20,000 nucleotides of DNA from an uncultured virus (IMG/VR IMGVR_UViG_3300040806_001404) (IMGVR_UViG_3300040806_001404), one strand, 5' to 3'; counted from the first letter of the stretch, positions 1 through 9,798 are shown. The notes: generated by a model from the sequence alone, not told the origin. Made by a program: numbers and translations.

Positions 1-1143
1 GTCGTTTCCGTCTAATTTTGTGTTAAGAGCTATAAAGAATCCACCAAGTTCTGATACTGGGTCAACTCCATGTCCTGCTTTAGGAGCAATTACTGCTCTT
101 GCTGTTGCATCTGAACCAGCTCCACCTGAAATTACGATATCTGCTACTCTGTAATTAGTACCTTTGTTTGCAATTGTGACACCGGTCACTGCACCATTTG
201 ATACTGTAATACCACTTGTTGTTGTGACTGTTGCTCCAGTTCCGTCTCCAGTTATAGTTGCAGCTACGTTACTATTACTTGTATAACCTGTTCCACCAGC
301 CGTGACTTCAATTCTTTCAATACCTGCAGCTGTTGAAGACAACTCAGAAGCTTTTTGGTTTAAGTATTGAGCGTAATCTGCTTCTGATAAAACAGCTTCT
401 GCGTCGGCATCTGCTGCAAAGGCAAAAGTTAATATAGTAGATGCAGCCACACTTCCTGATGGAGCTCCACTTAATGTTAATACTGAACCGTTAATAGCTG
501 AAACAGTTTTAGATGAACCAATATTAGTTCCAGTCACTGTCATTCCTACAGTAATACCAGGAACAGTTTCTGTTAAGGTTATACTTGCTGTTGCTGAAGT
601 TGCAGCTACTGTTGCACTTGCACTAAGTGGAACGGTTTTAACTGGCATATAACTATTTGTTAAGAATTTTTCAGCATCAGCAACAGATATTGTATACATA
701 TATTTCCATGTATATCCATCTGATTCAGCTGTTGGGGCTGTTAATGTTTGAGTTGGTTGAATGCTTGAAGCACCTCCACCAGCTTTTATACATTTATAAA
801 CTTTAAATTCTGACGTAACAATATAAAATGCTTTATCGAATATACTTGCATCGTCTGAATCCCATGCATAGTATGAATTTCCTGAAGTCCAAGTATGTCT
901 TGGTACAACATGAGCAATATCAGCAGGTACAATTTTCTTTAAGCCTATAAGGTTTGCTCTTGCTTCTCCTATTTGGTCTAAGTTATCTGCTGGAGTAAAA
1001 GGTGTTGTATCTGTAGTATCTGATGTAGTTAAAGACCAGACATCTGATTTGCCTATTCCTACATAAACACTTGAGCCTTCTATTTGCTCTTTAAAATGTC
1101 TACCATTTAAAGTTCTAAAATTTGATGTGATGATTGCTGCCAT
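1..1143 (-). CDS. gp8: T4-like baseplate wedge subunit gp8 (runs off the left edge; 381 codons visible)
   Basis: Not in the ORF track (truncated). Manual translation from ATG at 1143: MAAIITSNFRTLNGRHFKEQIEGSSVYVGIGKSDVW...VVPRHTWTSG...FYIVTSEFKVYKCI...DGYTWKYMYTI...KFLTNSYMPV...GHGVDPVSELGG. These are motifs typical of gp8 in marine T4-like phages; it follows gp6-gp7. Confidence 0.9.
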   Translation of the reverse strand, partial: MAAIITSNFRTLNGRHFKEQIEGSSVYVGIGKSDVWSLTTSDTTDTTPFTPADNLDQIGEARANLIGLKKIVPADIAHVVPRHTWTSGNSYYAWDSDDASIFDKAFYIVTSEFKVYKCIKAGGGASSIQPTQTLTAPTAESDGYTWKYMYTISVADAEKFLTNSYMPVKTVPLSASATVAATSATASITLTETVPGITVGMTVTGTNIGSSKTVSAINGSVLTLSGAPSGSVAASTILTFAFAADADAEAVLSEADYAQYLNQKASELSSTAAGIERIEVTAGGTGYTSNSNVAATITGDGTGATVTTTSGITVSNGAVTGVTIANKGTNYRVADIVISGGAGSDATARAVIAPKAGHGVDPVSELGGFFIALNTKLDGND

Positions 1144-1157
1144 TCTTCTGTCCTGAT

Positions 1158-3896
1158 TTATTCAATATGTACAAATGTACTTGTGTTATTATTATTTATA
1201 TCACTTGAGTTGATAGTTTGTAACGTTTTACTACCTAAAAACTCAATTGTTTGGTTAGTATTATAAAGCCTAGCTGTATTATAAAAATTATCTGTGCCTT
1301 TTCTTTGTTTGTAATTATTATTTATAATGGTTCTAAAATTTGTATTTACTACTTTAACTTTAGACTCTGGTAAAAATTTAACTGCAGTTCCTGTTGAAGT
1401 CATTATAGAACCAGTTGCTTGTACTGGATTTGTTTTAACTTCAGTTATTAATGTATCTACATGATTATGATTACAATTAACTTCTATTATTTCTTGTTGG
1501 TCCGCTACTCTTACTTCGTTATTTGCCTGACTTCCAATTTTAAGAACAGGGTCGTTTATATATCCACTTCCTGCATTTGTTATTGTTGCACCAGTTATCT
1601 CTCCTTTAAATATTTTAACAGCTCCTGCTATTATAGGAACTCTTAATCCTTCTGGAACTGGAGGTATACCAGTATTTGGGTCAGCTTGATATGCTGCATC
1701 TCCAAGTCTTTCTAAATCTTCTTCTGCTTGTGTCCATAATACATCATCTGAGGCAATTGTAAAATTAGCTGTTGCTGTAACGTTTGAAGATAAGAAAGCT
1801 CCTGTCGCATCTTTTGATTGAGGTATAGGGAATGTTATTGTAGGAGCAACTAAAAAGTTTTTATCTGCCAATCCTACAACATCAATTGATGCTATACTCG
1901 TTGCATTTGGATTTGCAGGAACTGTTCCTACTAAATTTTGCCAATTTCTGCCTTCTGAATTTATAGTAATATCATCTTTATCTAATCTTCCTAATGAGTC
2001 TAAACCTACCGTCACAGACGGGTTCACACCAGTAAGTCCTGGGAGGGATATACCATTAAAAGTGATTGACAGTGACGAACCAGTATAACCAAATCCTGGC
2101 TCTCCTATTGTAAGTGCTTCCAAAGCTCCGTCTAAAGTTGTGGCTGTTGCTGTTGCTGTTGCACCAGTTAAAGTATGCGATGTTCCGGAACCTACGCCTG
2201 ATATATTAAGTTCTGCTCCACCTGCAGTTGCTGATAAAGAAATAGCATTACCTGTTATTGTTTTAACAAAATAAGTTGTACCAGAAACTAATCCACCTAT
2301 TGCAGTTCCTCCACCACTATTATATGTAATACTATCATTGGCTACCCATGAATTCTTTTGAGATGCTGTTAATGTTATATTATTATTTGAAACACTTACG
2401 ATTGAACTACTCGAACCATCAAATGTTTGAGCTGTTGGAGCAGCAATTGATAAACTTGGAGTGTTATAATCTTTACCGCCATTACCTATTGTAATTGAAG
2501 ATACTGAGCCATTTGTAAGAACAGCTGTTAATGCTGCTGTTGTAAACCCTGATGGAGTTCCAGTATCTGTAGATGTTATAACAGGAACTGCAGTATAACC
2601 ACTTCCTCCGGAGGTTATTGTTGTTCCATTTATTATACCACTTTTTAAATCAACTGAAACAGTACCTGATTTATGAATCTTTGCTGTGATATTAGGTAAG
2701 AAAGTTGAAACAAACATTTCAACAAGTATTGGAACATCTTCTGGTCCAATAATACCTGGTTGTCTTTCTGGTATTGCTGATAAAACTTTTCTTATTGCTA
2801 ATCCTAAATCATCTGTTCTTTTTCTACCAGAAGGTTCTCCGTTTGGAGCTAGGTCTACGAAACCATTAGCATTAAAAATATCTTCTCCTAATACAGCTTT
2901 TGTTAATTGTAAGAATACTAATATCTCAGCAAAGTAAACAAATCCGGCTGGGTGAACTAATCTATTATATGATAGGTCCCAATCAGATAAATTTTTACCA
3001 GTCTTAATTAAATAAGAAAACTTTTGATATTTTTTACTATCTTGTACTACAATACTATCAGATAAAAATCCTTTATTATCTAAATATTGTCCACCCTTTG
3101 GAAGAGATGCATTAACATCCCAATTACCGCTTGAAGGTATTAATACTTTATCATAAGGAAACTCTACTTCAGCAATATCATTAAATAATATTTTAAAAAA
3201 TATCTCAATAGAATCTGATGAACCTCTTAATCTATAAAAGTCTATAATTTGTTTATAAAGAGTTCTTTTATCTACCGTAACTCCTCTTGGAATTGTAGCA
3301 GCAATTTCTTTTTGCATTAATTCTAAATAGCCTTCACTATTAGTATCAATATCCATTGCCTGTTCAATTGTATTCATTACATATGATGGACCTGGACCTA
3401 CCCAATTCTTTTGTATTGTTGTTAATTTAGCTGAAGAGTTATTATGAGCTGATAAACCGTTAACAGTAAACGTTTTACCTATTTCAGAGGTTGAATTGAC
3501 GAGTGTGCCTGGCAGTTCATTACCATTTGTTATTGCTACATTGACATCAGTTAAAGTTATATTAGTTGTTGTACCATCAGGCGCCGTTACAACAAGAGAT
3601 GAGCCTGCACCGGTTTCATCTGTAAAAAACTTATTATTTTCGTTATTAGGGTCAGGTATTCTAAATTGTGCTTGGCCATTTAATACGACATCTGTAAAAA
3701 CATTATTTTCTTGATAAATAAATTCATCCATATTCATGAATGTATAATAAGCTTTTAAAAATTTATCTAACTTATCTTTATTTTCTAATATTTCAGAAGG
3801 TATTATTTGGTCTAGACGAATATCTTCTTTTGTTTGATTCAGCGTTCCTTGTTCGAGTTCAATCGCTCCAGGAGTTAATGTCTTTTTAAATGCCAT
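1158..3896 (-). CDS. gp7: Baseplate wedge initiator gp7-like protein with inserted beta-rich repeat domains
   Basis: 912 aa; N-terminal FLKAYY..M, IIDFYRLRGSSDSIEIFFKILFN, QDSKKYQKFSYLIKT and LVHPAGF motifs of gp7-like proteins; lies between gp6 and gp8; repeated I(T)xxGxGY units. Confidence 0.8.
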   Translation of the reverse strand: MAFKKTLTPGAIELEQGTLNQTKEDIRLDQIIPSEILENKDKLDKFLKAYYTFMNMDEFIYQENNVFTDVVLNGQAQFRIPDPNNENNKFFTDETGAGSSLVVTAPDGTTTNITLTDVNVAITNGNELPGTLVNSTSEIGKTFTVNGLSAHNNSSAKLTTIQKNWVGPGPSYVMNTIEQAMDIDTNSEGYLELMQKEIAATIPRGVTVDKRTLYKQIIDFYRLRGSSDSIEIFFKILFNDIAEVEFPYDKVLIPSSGNWDVNASLPKGGQYLDNKGFLSDSIVVQDSKKYQKFSYLIKTGKNLSDWDLSYNRLVHPAGFVYFAEILVFLQLTKAVLGEDIFNANGFVDLAPNGEPSGRKRTDDLGLAIRKVLSAIPERQPGIIGPEDVPILVEMFVSTFLPNITAKIHKSGTVSVDLKSGIINGTTITSGGSGYTAVPVITSTDTGTPSGFTTAALTAVLTNGSVSSITIGNGGKDYNTPSLSIAAPTAQTFDGSSSSIVSVSNNNITLTASQKNSWVANDSITYNSGGGTAIGGLVSGTTYFVKTITGNAISLSATAGGAELNISGVGSGTSHTLTGATATATATTLDGALEALTIGEPGFGYTGSSLSITFNGISLPGLTGVNPSVTVGLDSLGRLDKDDITINSEGRNWQNLVGTVPANPNATSIASIDVVGLADKNFLVAPTITFPIPQSKDATGAFLSSNVTATANFTIASDDVLWTQAEEDLERLGDAAYQADPNTGIPPVPEGLRVPIIAGAVKIFKGEITGATITNAGSGYINDPVLKIGSQANNEVRVADQQEIIEVNCNHNHVDTLITEVKTNPVQATGSIMTSTGTAVKFLPESKVKVVNTNFRTIINNNYKQRKGTDNFYNTARLYNTNQTIEFLGSKTLQTINSSDINNNNTSTFVHIE
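1193..1200 (-). promoter_or_regulatory. T4-type late promoter TATAAATA upstream of gp8
   Basis: TATTTATA on + at 1193-1200, inside the 3' end of gp7, about 50 nt upstream of the gp8 ATG; a second copy lies at 1319-1326. Confidence 0.55.
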
Positions 3897-5737
3897 TATT
3901 TAAATCTTGATGTTGTTGTATAATCAATAGAACCAGCTGAACCTGCAGTTGCAATTGTATCTATTTCAGGAGTAATTACTACAAAATTATTATCTATAGA
4001 TATTAATTGGTCTCTTTTTGGCGCTAGGTCTAATGAATTAGGAAGTACTGTAATTTTAATTTGAGCTGTTGTATCTGGTCTAAATTTATTTAAAATAATT
4101 GTTCCTTTATCTACATCTATTTCACCAGCATCTGCAATTACTGTTGTATTAACTTGATTAACTACTTTATAAACAATTACATTTCTTTTTGTAGAATCAG
4201 CAATTGGTTCATCACCAAAGAAATGGTCAACATTATTTATTTTAAATGCTGAAGAAGATATTAAAAATGCTGTTGAATTACCTGACTGATAGAAAGGAGA
4301 TGAAAAACTTAAACTAAAGTTATTATCTGCATTATTTAAAGGTGTAATATATTGAAACATCCTTGGTCTTACAGTAGTGTTTAATATTGATGGGTCAGAA
4401 TTATCTATATTTCTTGTTAATTGCGAGTGTCTAAATACACCATCAAATTTATTTAAATTATTAAAGTTATAATCTGTGATTGTATCTCTTACAACTGATT
4501 GTAATTCTACAGAACTTCTATCTGTTAAATTAGGATTATATTTAAATGAAACATCTAATTCTAAATAAGTAAAATTAGGGTCAACAATTTGTGGTGTAAT
4601 TGATACAACGTTTTTACCTTTTAATATTGCACCTGTAATATTTGTTTTTTCAGCTGTTGTAAGTGTATTTGCTAATAAAGGTTTAATACAAACATATACT
4701 CTTCCATAATCAGGTGGGTCATTATCTTCACCACCCCATGTTGAGATAGAATCTATATTACTAAATTCCTTTTTAATAATAGATGCATAGTCATCGGCTG
4801 TCACAGCTCTGTTTTGTGATATAAAAGTAAGTGGAGCATTAAATCTTATTGACTCCATTGATTCTTCATCGGCTCCACCGGCAGCTGCAGTATCTAATGT
4901 CACTGCAATACTATCGTATCCACCAATTTCATCTACCATAGTAAACGAATTTGCACCATTACTTTCTTTACCTTTTGTAATTACATAATCGATTGTAACG
5001 ATATTATTATTAGTAGGTTTAAATCCAGTTACGCCATCTCCAAAATATACTTCATAATAACCACTTGGATTTTCTTGTAAATAATAAACTTTTGATGTAG
5101 AATCTATACCTTTTAATGATTCAAATTTAGTATATACATCAAATGCTGTTGATTCTTCGTTCGCCTGTACACGTACGCGTAACGTACTGGTATCTGCGTC
5201 ATAGTCTGAGAGTTGAAATTTCTGATTCTCTATATCATTATCAACTCTATATTTTAATTCTCTTGTTGTTCCTTCAACAATTATAACATCATTAAATGTC
5301 CAAGTTGAACCACTTAATGTAGCTTGTTGATTTTCTAATACAACATACTGAAACTCTTCACCACTTACAACAGTATTTAATTTAGTTCCTTTTGTAAGTT
5401 CTAATATCGTTGGTATAACTCCACTATTTGGTTTAGTAACAACAATATCTACTTTAGCTCTTGGTGATAAAACAGACCTAGGTGTATATCCTAATAACTT
5501 AGCTCTTGTTACGACATTACCTCTTATTTGAGCTGAATCTAAAAAAGATTCATTTAATGAATAATGAGCGTTTAAAGCATTGTAATGAGTATTATAAGCT
5601 AATACATCTAATAAAACATTAAGACCTGAACCATCAAAGTCATAATCATTAAATTCTGTTTGTTGTTTTAAAAAGTTTTTGAGATTATTTTTTATATCTG
5701 CAAAATCTAGTTCCGTTACGTTTAAATTTGTTGCCAT
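3896..5737 (-). CDS. gp6: Baseplate wedge subunit gp6
   Basis: 613 aa; LDFADIKNNLKNFL, DYDFDGSGLNVLLDVLAYNTHYNA, ESFLDSAQIR, YEVYFGDG, QNRAVTADDY and WGGEDNDPPDYGRVY are gp6/baseplate-J hallmarks. Confidence 0.95.
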   Translation of the reverse strand: MATNLNVTELDFADIKNNLKNFLKQQTEFNDYDFDGSGLNVLLDVLAYNTHYNALNAHYSLNESFLDSAQIRGNVVTRAKLLGYTPRSVLSPRAKVDIVVTKPNSGVIPTILELTKGTKLNTVVSGEEFQYVVLENQQATLSGSTWTFNDVIIVEGTTRELKYRVDNDIENQKFQLSDYDADTSTLRVRVQANEESTAFDVYTKFESLKGIDSTSKVYYLQENPSGYYEVYFGDGVTGFKPTNNNIVTIDYVITKGKESNGANSFTMVDEIGGYDSIAVTLDTAAAGGADEESMESIRFNAPLTFISQNRAVTADDYASIIKKEFSNIDSISTWGGEDNDPPDYGRVYVCIKPLLANTLTTAEKTNITGAILKGKNVVSITPQIVDPNFTYLELDVSFKYNPNLTDRSSVELQSVVRDTITDYNFNNLNKFDGVFRHSQLTRNIDNSDPSILNTTVRPRMFQYITPLNNADNNFSLSFSSPFYQSGNSTAFLISSSAFKINNVDHFFGDEPIADSTKRNVIVYKVVNQVNTTVIADAGEIDVDKGTIILNKFRPDTTAQIKITVLPNSLDLAPKRDQLISIDNNFVVITPEIDTIATAGSAGSIDYTTTSRFK

Positions 5738-5738
5738 T

Positions 5739-6188
5739 TTATCTTAACCTTCTAAGTGGTATTTCAACGACTTGTTCTACGTTGATTCCTTTTATATTAA
5801 AAAAAACTTCTATAAGATATTCATTCCTAGGTACGTTATCAGTTATATCAATGCTTGTTACTGATACTCTTGGTTCATACTTTTGTATAACATCTCTTAT
5901 ATTATTTCTTAATTCTATATTTGTTATTAACCCTGCAGGCTCAAAAAGTAATCCTCTTAAATTAGCTCCTAAATCATCTGCAAATGGTCTTTCATAAAAA
6001 TTAGTTATAAGTAAATTTTTTATTGCATTTTTAATAGCAGCATCGTCTTTTAAAGGTATAATATCCTTTCTTATAGGATGTATCTTTAAAGATAAATCTA
6101 AGTCACGATGAGGTTTCTTTTTAGATACAACTCGTGCTTGCTCTAAATCCCCTGATATTTGCTTGTCGCCTGTATATAATCCTGCCAT
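5739..6188 (-). CDS. gp25: Baseplate wedge subunit gp25
   Basis: 149 aa; DLDLSL..HP..KDI, AIKNAIKNLLITNFYERPF, LLFEP and IQKYEPRV match the gp25/GPW family; directly upstream of gp6. Confidence 0.93.
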   Translation of the reverse strand: MAGLYTGDKQISGDLEQARVVSKKKPHRDLDLSLKIHPIRKDIIPLKDDAAIKNAIKNLLITNFYERPFADDLGANLRGLLFEPAGLITNIELRNNIRDVIQKYEPRVSVTSIDITDNVPRNEYLIEVFFNIKGINVEQVVEIPLRRLR

Positions 6189-6193
6189 ATATC

Positions 6194-6201
6194 TATTTAT
6201 A
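6194..6201 (-). promoter_or_regulatory. T4-type late promoter TATAAATA 5 nt upstream of the gp25 ATG
   Basis: - strand reads GTATAAATAGATATATGGCA; perfect late consensus in the short intergenic gap. Confidence 0.85.
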
Positions 6202-6205
6202 CTCG

Positions 6206-7207
6206 TTAACTGCTTCCTTGCTCAACTGTTGTGTTAGGAAGTTGACTTTGTGTATTATTAATTAATGTTTGTACTGATTCTGGTAAATCTATTGTTGATG
6301 GAAAGCCTATTACCTTTAAGTAATCACAGAAACTAAATGTAATTAAATCAATTATGGCACCTAATCCTATGGCATTAAAAAAATCTTCAACCTTTTGAAT
6401 CCATAGTTTTATAAGATATGTCTGCCATTCTTCTGTAAACTCTCTTGCTCTTTTTAATAATCTTTCTTTTTGAAACTCTGGTATTTCTACCTTATCATCA
6501 AACTCTCCGCCTAATAAATCTAATAAACTAAATCCAAATATTTGTACCTGTTCTAATTCTTCTATTGTTTTATCTCGTATTAAAGCTTCTAAATCTATTT
6601 CTTGTAAACCTGGAAACGATGGTAATCCTAATGCGTCCCATATTTCATCAAATAAATCTATAAGACCAGAAAATCCACCAGTTAATAAGAGATTCATTTT
6701 CTTTGCAACTTCAGAACGTATATAATTTGCTACAGTTTCTTTTTTAAAATCAGCTGTTTCAAACTTATCCCATATTTTATATTCATCTGGTATTAAATCA
6801 TATATACTATCAATCTCTTCTAGTTTTATATTATCTAAAACACTACTTGGGTCAGTTAAAAAATCAATTATATTAATTTGTATGCCTAATATAGTTACGT
6901 TAAATTCAATAGGAAACAAAGTATTTATTAATTCAAGTATTTGTTTTTGTACATACATTGGAAAATCAGCTGATAACTTCGTTATCATTAATTCCCATTC
7001 TATTTCTGGTATTTCTATCTTTTCAAACTTAGGGTCGACAGAACTTATTAACTTTCTTGTATCTTCAAGAGTTTTTTTTAATTCATCAATCTCATAACGA
7101 TAAGCATGTGTAGCCAATCCACTAAATAAGTTTCTTAAATTAGCTGGAGTAGGTAATAAAACATCAGGACATTCTATTTGTGGCAATGATATACTTGGAG
7201 TTGTCAT
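6206..7207 (-). CDS. Hypothetical acidic protein in the baseplate operon (between gp5 and gp25)
   Basis: 333 aa ORF whose start overlaps the gp5 stop (TAATG at 7207); D/E- and I/L-rich; no family recognised. Confidence 0.8.
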   Translation of the reverse strand: MTTPSISLPQIECPDVLLPTPANLRNLFSGLATHAYRYEIDELKKTLEDTRKLISSVDPKFEKIEIPEIEWELMITKLSADFPMYVQKQILELINTLFPIEFNVTILGIQINIIDFLTDPSSVLDNIKLEEIDSIYDLIPDEYKIWDKFETADFKKETVANYIRSEVAKKMNLLLTGGFSGLIDLFDEIWDALGLPSFPGLQEIDLEALIRDKTIEELEQVQIFGFSLLDLLGGEFDDKVEIPEFQKERLLKRAREFTEEWQTYLIKLWIQKVEDFFNAIGLGAIIDLITFSFCDYLKVIGFPSTIDLPESVQTLINNTQSQLPNTTVEQGSS

Positions 7208-7689
7208 TATATTATTCTAATCTTACCAGTAGAAGTAAATTCTATATGTGAATTTGTTTTACCATGAGTTATTTTTATTTTTTCTGCGCCAGAAGTATTA
7301 TCTAATTCAATCTTATGACCAGCTTTTGATTCATATACTTTATTATCTACTGATGCATCATTTGGTATATCTTTTGTACCATTTGTTTGTGTAGCAATTG
7401 AACCCATAACTATAGGGTCTTGAGCTGATGGTCCATCTGCAAAGAATCCTACAACCCATGAACCAACTTCTAAATGATGATTACTACCATTACCTTTTAT
7501 AGATGCAGATGTAGTTGGCATCATAACAGTTGCCCAAGGTAAATCGGCGACATTTTCTACACCGTCATAATAACCATAAGCATTTACTCTTACTCTATTT
7601 AAATTTTTACTATCATTAATATCTTTTACTTCACCAATAAACCAAGTAAAGACTCCATTTTTAAATTGGTCTACTTTTCTATCAAACAT
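7207..7689 (-). CDS. gp5: Short gp5-like baseplate hub/spike protein (OB-fold plus short beta-strand C-terminus)
   Basis: 160 aa; FTWFIGEVKDIND..NLNRVRV..YGY, DLPWATVMMPTTS and GSWVVGFFADGPSAQDPIVMGSI match the gp5 N-terminal OB domain; ESKAGHKIELDNTSGAEKIKITH matches the start of the gp5 beta-helix. Confidence 0.88.
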   Translation of the reverse strand: MFDRKVDQFKNGVFTWFIGEVKDINDSKNLNRVRVNAYGYYDGVENVADLPWATVMMPTTSASIKGNGSNHHLEVGSWVVGFFADGPSAQDPIVMGSIATQTNGTKDIPNDASVDNKVYESKAGHKIELDNTSGAEKIKITHGKTNSHIEFTSTGKIRII

Positions 7690-9022
7690 TATTACCTCTT
7701 ATTTGTTCTTCAATAAATGAATCTTTTTTAACTTTAGCATTTATATTATAACCTTCTTTACTAAAATGATGAGTAAGACTTGATACGAGATATGCTCCAC
7801 TTACATAATTATCAAATATCTCTCCACTTGCTCCTTCTTTATTTCCTAATTCTTCTGATACATCAGCTTGTTTTAATATTCCAAGACTAATAATTAAACC
7901 AGGCGCAAGGTTAAAATCGCCAGTTAATTTAAGGTCTACTATAGTAGTATCTAAATTATTAATACTCATTCTACTTCTTAATAATGCTTTATCTTTAGTA
8001 GGGTTATGATAATTATCATAACTGTCAAATGCATTATCATTATATGTTATCCAATGTTGTTTAAAATTTTTAAAATCAATAATTTTTTGACCATCAATAG
8101 TCATTTTATCATTAATTGGTGGAAAACTATTTAATCTATGTCTAGGAGAATCATATTTATGAAGAATTTTATCTCTTGTTTTAGTTGATATATCTAATTT
8201 ATTTAAAACAGCTGCAAAACTTCCTTTTTGAGAAGCTTCTAATTTAGAAACATTTAATGAAGATGTCATTTTTTGTATTTTTAATCTTTCTTCTTCAAAC
8301 ATTTTTTCTTCTTTACTATTATACATAGTTTCTTGTGGTACTGGATTTCTATTATATTGACCATAGATACTATTTTGATTAAGTATTGAAGCGTATGAAG
8401 ATAAAACTAATCCATATTTAGCTGATTCATAAAAATATATTTGTGTACCATCATCAAAAGAATTTCTTAAAATCCAACTAATAGCATCAAGTGGCTGTAA
8501 ATTAGGATATATACCTTTAATAATACCTTTTGTTGAACTACTTATTTGTAATTTTGAATCTAAATTAGTTTTTACTATTTGAGATACTAAAGCTCCAGGC
8601 GTTCCTTGAAACGCAGTATTTAAAAGCTTTTTACTATTTAAATACATATGTTTAGAAACACATATAAGAGTATATGACTTAGAACCTGGTGTTGGTTCAG
8701 AAAAATTTGCTACATCAGCAATATAAATTTCTAAATCAAATCCTTGGTCTCCAAGTTTTGGTTCTGTTCTTCCAATTATTAAATTAATTTTTTCATTACC
8801 AGATAATTTTAATTCATTTGTAAGGTTAGTTGAATCTACTAGAAAGATTTCTACTACTATACCTGAACGATGTAAACCTTCATGAATTTTTATATCATGA
8901 ATAACTTCTTTTAATTCAACTTTATGACCATTATTTGCTGTAATAATTGCTTGGTCAATACTATAACTTTTCGGAGACACCGATACATTATCTTTACCGA
9001 TTGAATTATAATTATTGCTCAT
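7682..9022 (-). CDS. Baseplate hub protein, gp27-like
   Basis: 446 aa immediately upstream of gp5; IKIHEGL, LSGNEKINL, IYFYES, LTGDFNLAPG and VSGAYLVSSLTHHF resemble gp27/gpD/VgrG-N hub proteins; assignment by motif pattern and synteny. Confidence 0.7.
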   Translation of the reverse strand: MSNNYNSIGKDNVSVSPKSYSIDQAIITANNGHKVELKEVIHDIKIHEGLHRSGIVVEIFLVDSTNLTNELKLSGNEKINLIIGRTEPKLGDQGFDLEIYIADVANFSEPTPGSKSYTLICVSKHMYLNSKKLLNTAFQGTPGALVSQIVKTNLDSKLQISSSTKGIIKGIYPNLQPLDAISWILRNSFDDGTQIYFYESAKYGLVLSSYASILNQNSIYGQYNRNPVPQETMYNSKEEKMFEEERLKIQKMTSSLNVSKLEASQKGSFAAVLNKLDISTKTRDKILHKYDSPRHRLNSFPPINDKMTIDGQKIIDFKNFKQHWITYNDNAFDSYDNYHNPTKDKALLRSRMSINNLDTTIVDLKLTGDFNLAPGLIISLGILKQADVSEELGNKEGASGEIFDNYVSGAYLVSSLTHHFSKEGYNINAKVKKDSFIEEQIRGNNV

Positions 9023-9798
9023 GTGTTAATTAATTCTTTAAATGATTTTACAAAATTAGCCATACTAGCTGGCTCAATAATCCTTATTTTAGAGTTATTA
9101 TCATTTGATTCTTCAAGATGTTGTCTATTAGTTACAAAAGATAAATTAGCAGGTGATACACCACCAACAATGTGGTCACTATTAGTCACTGGTTTTTTAA
9201 GAGCATCGTCTGTTCTGTAATAATAGTATGGTGCGTCAATGTATTTGTATACATTATAAGTAGAAACTGAATCTTCTGATGTTGCTCCTACAATTAATTC
9301 TTTAGCTCCGTTTGATGAACCTATAAATGTTCCTGTTGTATTTTGTACAATTAACTGACTTAAATCAACTATTTTTTTCGTAACTTTTCCAGTTGCGCTA
9401 CTTACTGAACCAGTAACTGTTTCGCCCATTTTAAATCTACCAGATAAACTATTTTCATGATTATTAAGTACTTTAGGATTAGTTTCTATTGCAAATCCAT
9501 TATATGATGTTGCCATATAATTTTGAAGTGCTTCTTGACTCATTGGCCAAGCTCTATATCCATCATGTAAATGGTCATTGACAAGAAAGAATGTCCAATA
9601 ATACATAGATGTACCATATATTCTACTTGATACTAAATCAGGTCTTTCTCCATTTTTAATATTATAAAATCGATAGCCTGAAAAGTTATCTAAAAAAGAT
9701 GGTAATGGTCTTACACTTCTAAATAAATCGACCATATTTTGTTTAATACCGGTACGATTAAAATCATATTGTACTTTTGGAAATTGTTTAAAAAACAT
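9019..9798 (-). CDS. gp53: Baseplate wedge subunit gp53
   Basis: 259 aa; FFKQFPKVQYD, YNIKNGERPDLVSSRIYG..YYWTFFLVN and WPMS (LysM-like gp53 motif), C-terminal E..N..KIRII.P. Confidence 0.9.
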   Translation of the reverse strand: MFFKQFPKVQYDFNRTGIKQNMVDLFRSVRPLPSFLDNFSGYRFYNIKNGERPDLVSSRIYGTSMYYWTFFLVNDHLHDGYRAWPMSQEALQNYMATSYNGFAIETNPKVLNNHENSLSGRFKMGETVTGSVSSATGKVTKKIVDLSQLIVQNTTGTFIGSSNGAKELIVGATSEDSVSTYNVYKYIDAPYYYYRTDDALKKPVTNSDHIVGGVSPANLSFVTNRQHLEESNDNNSKIRIIEPASMANFVKSFKELINT

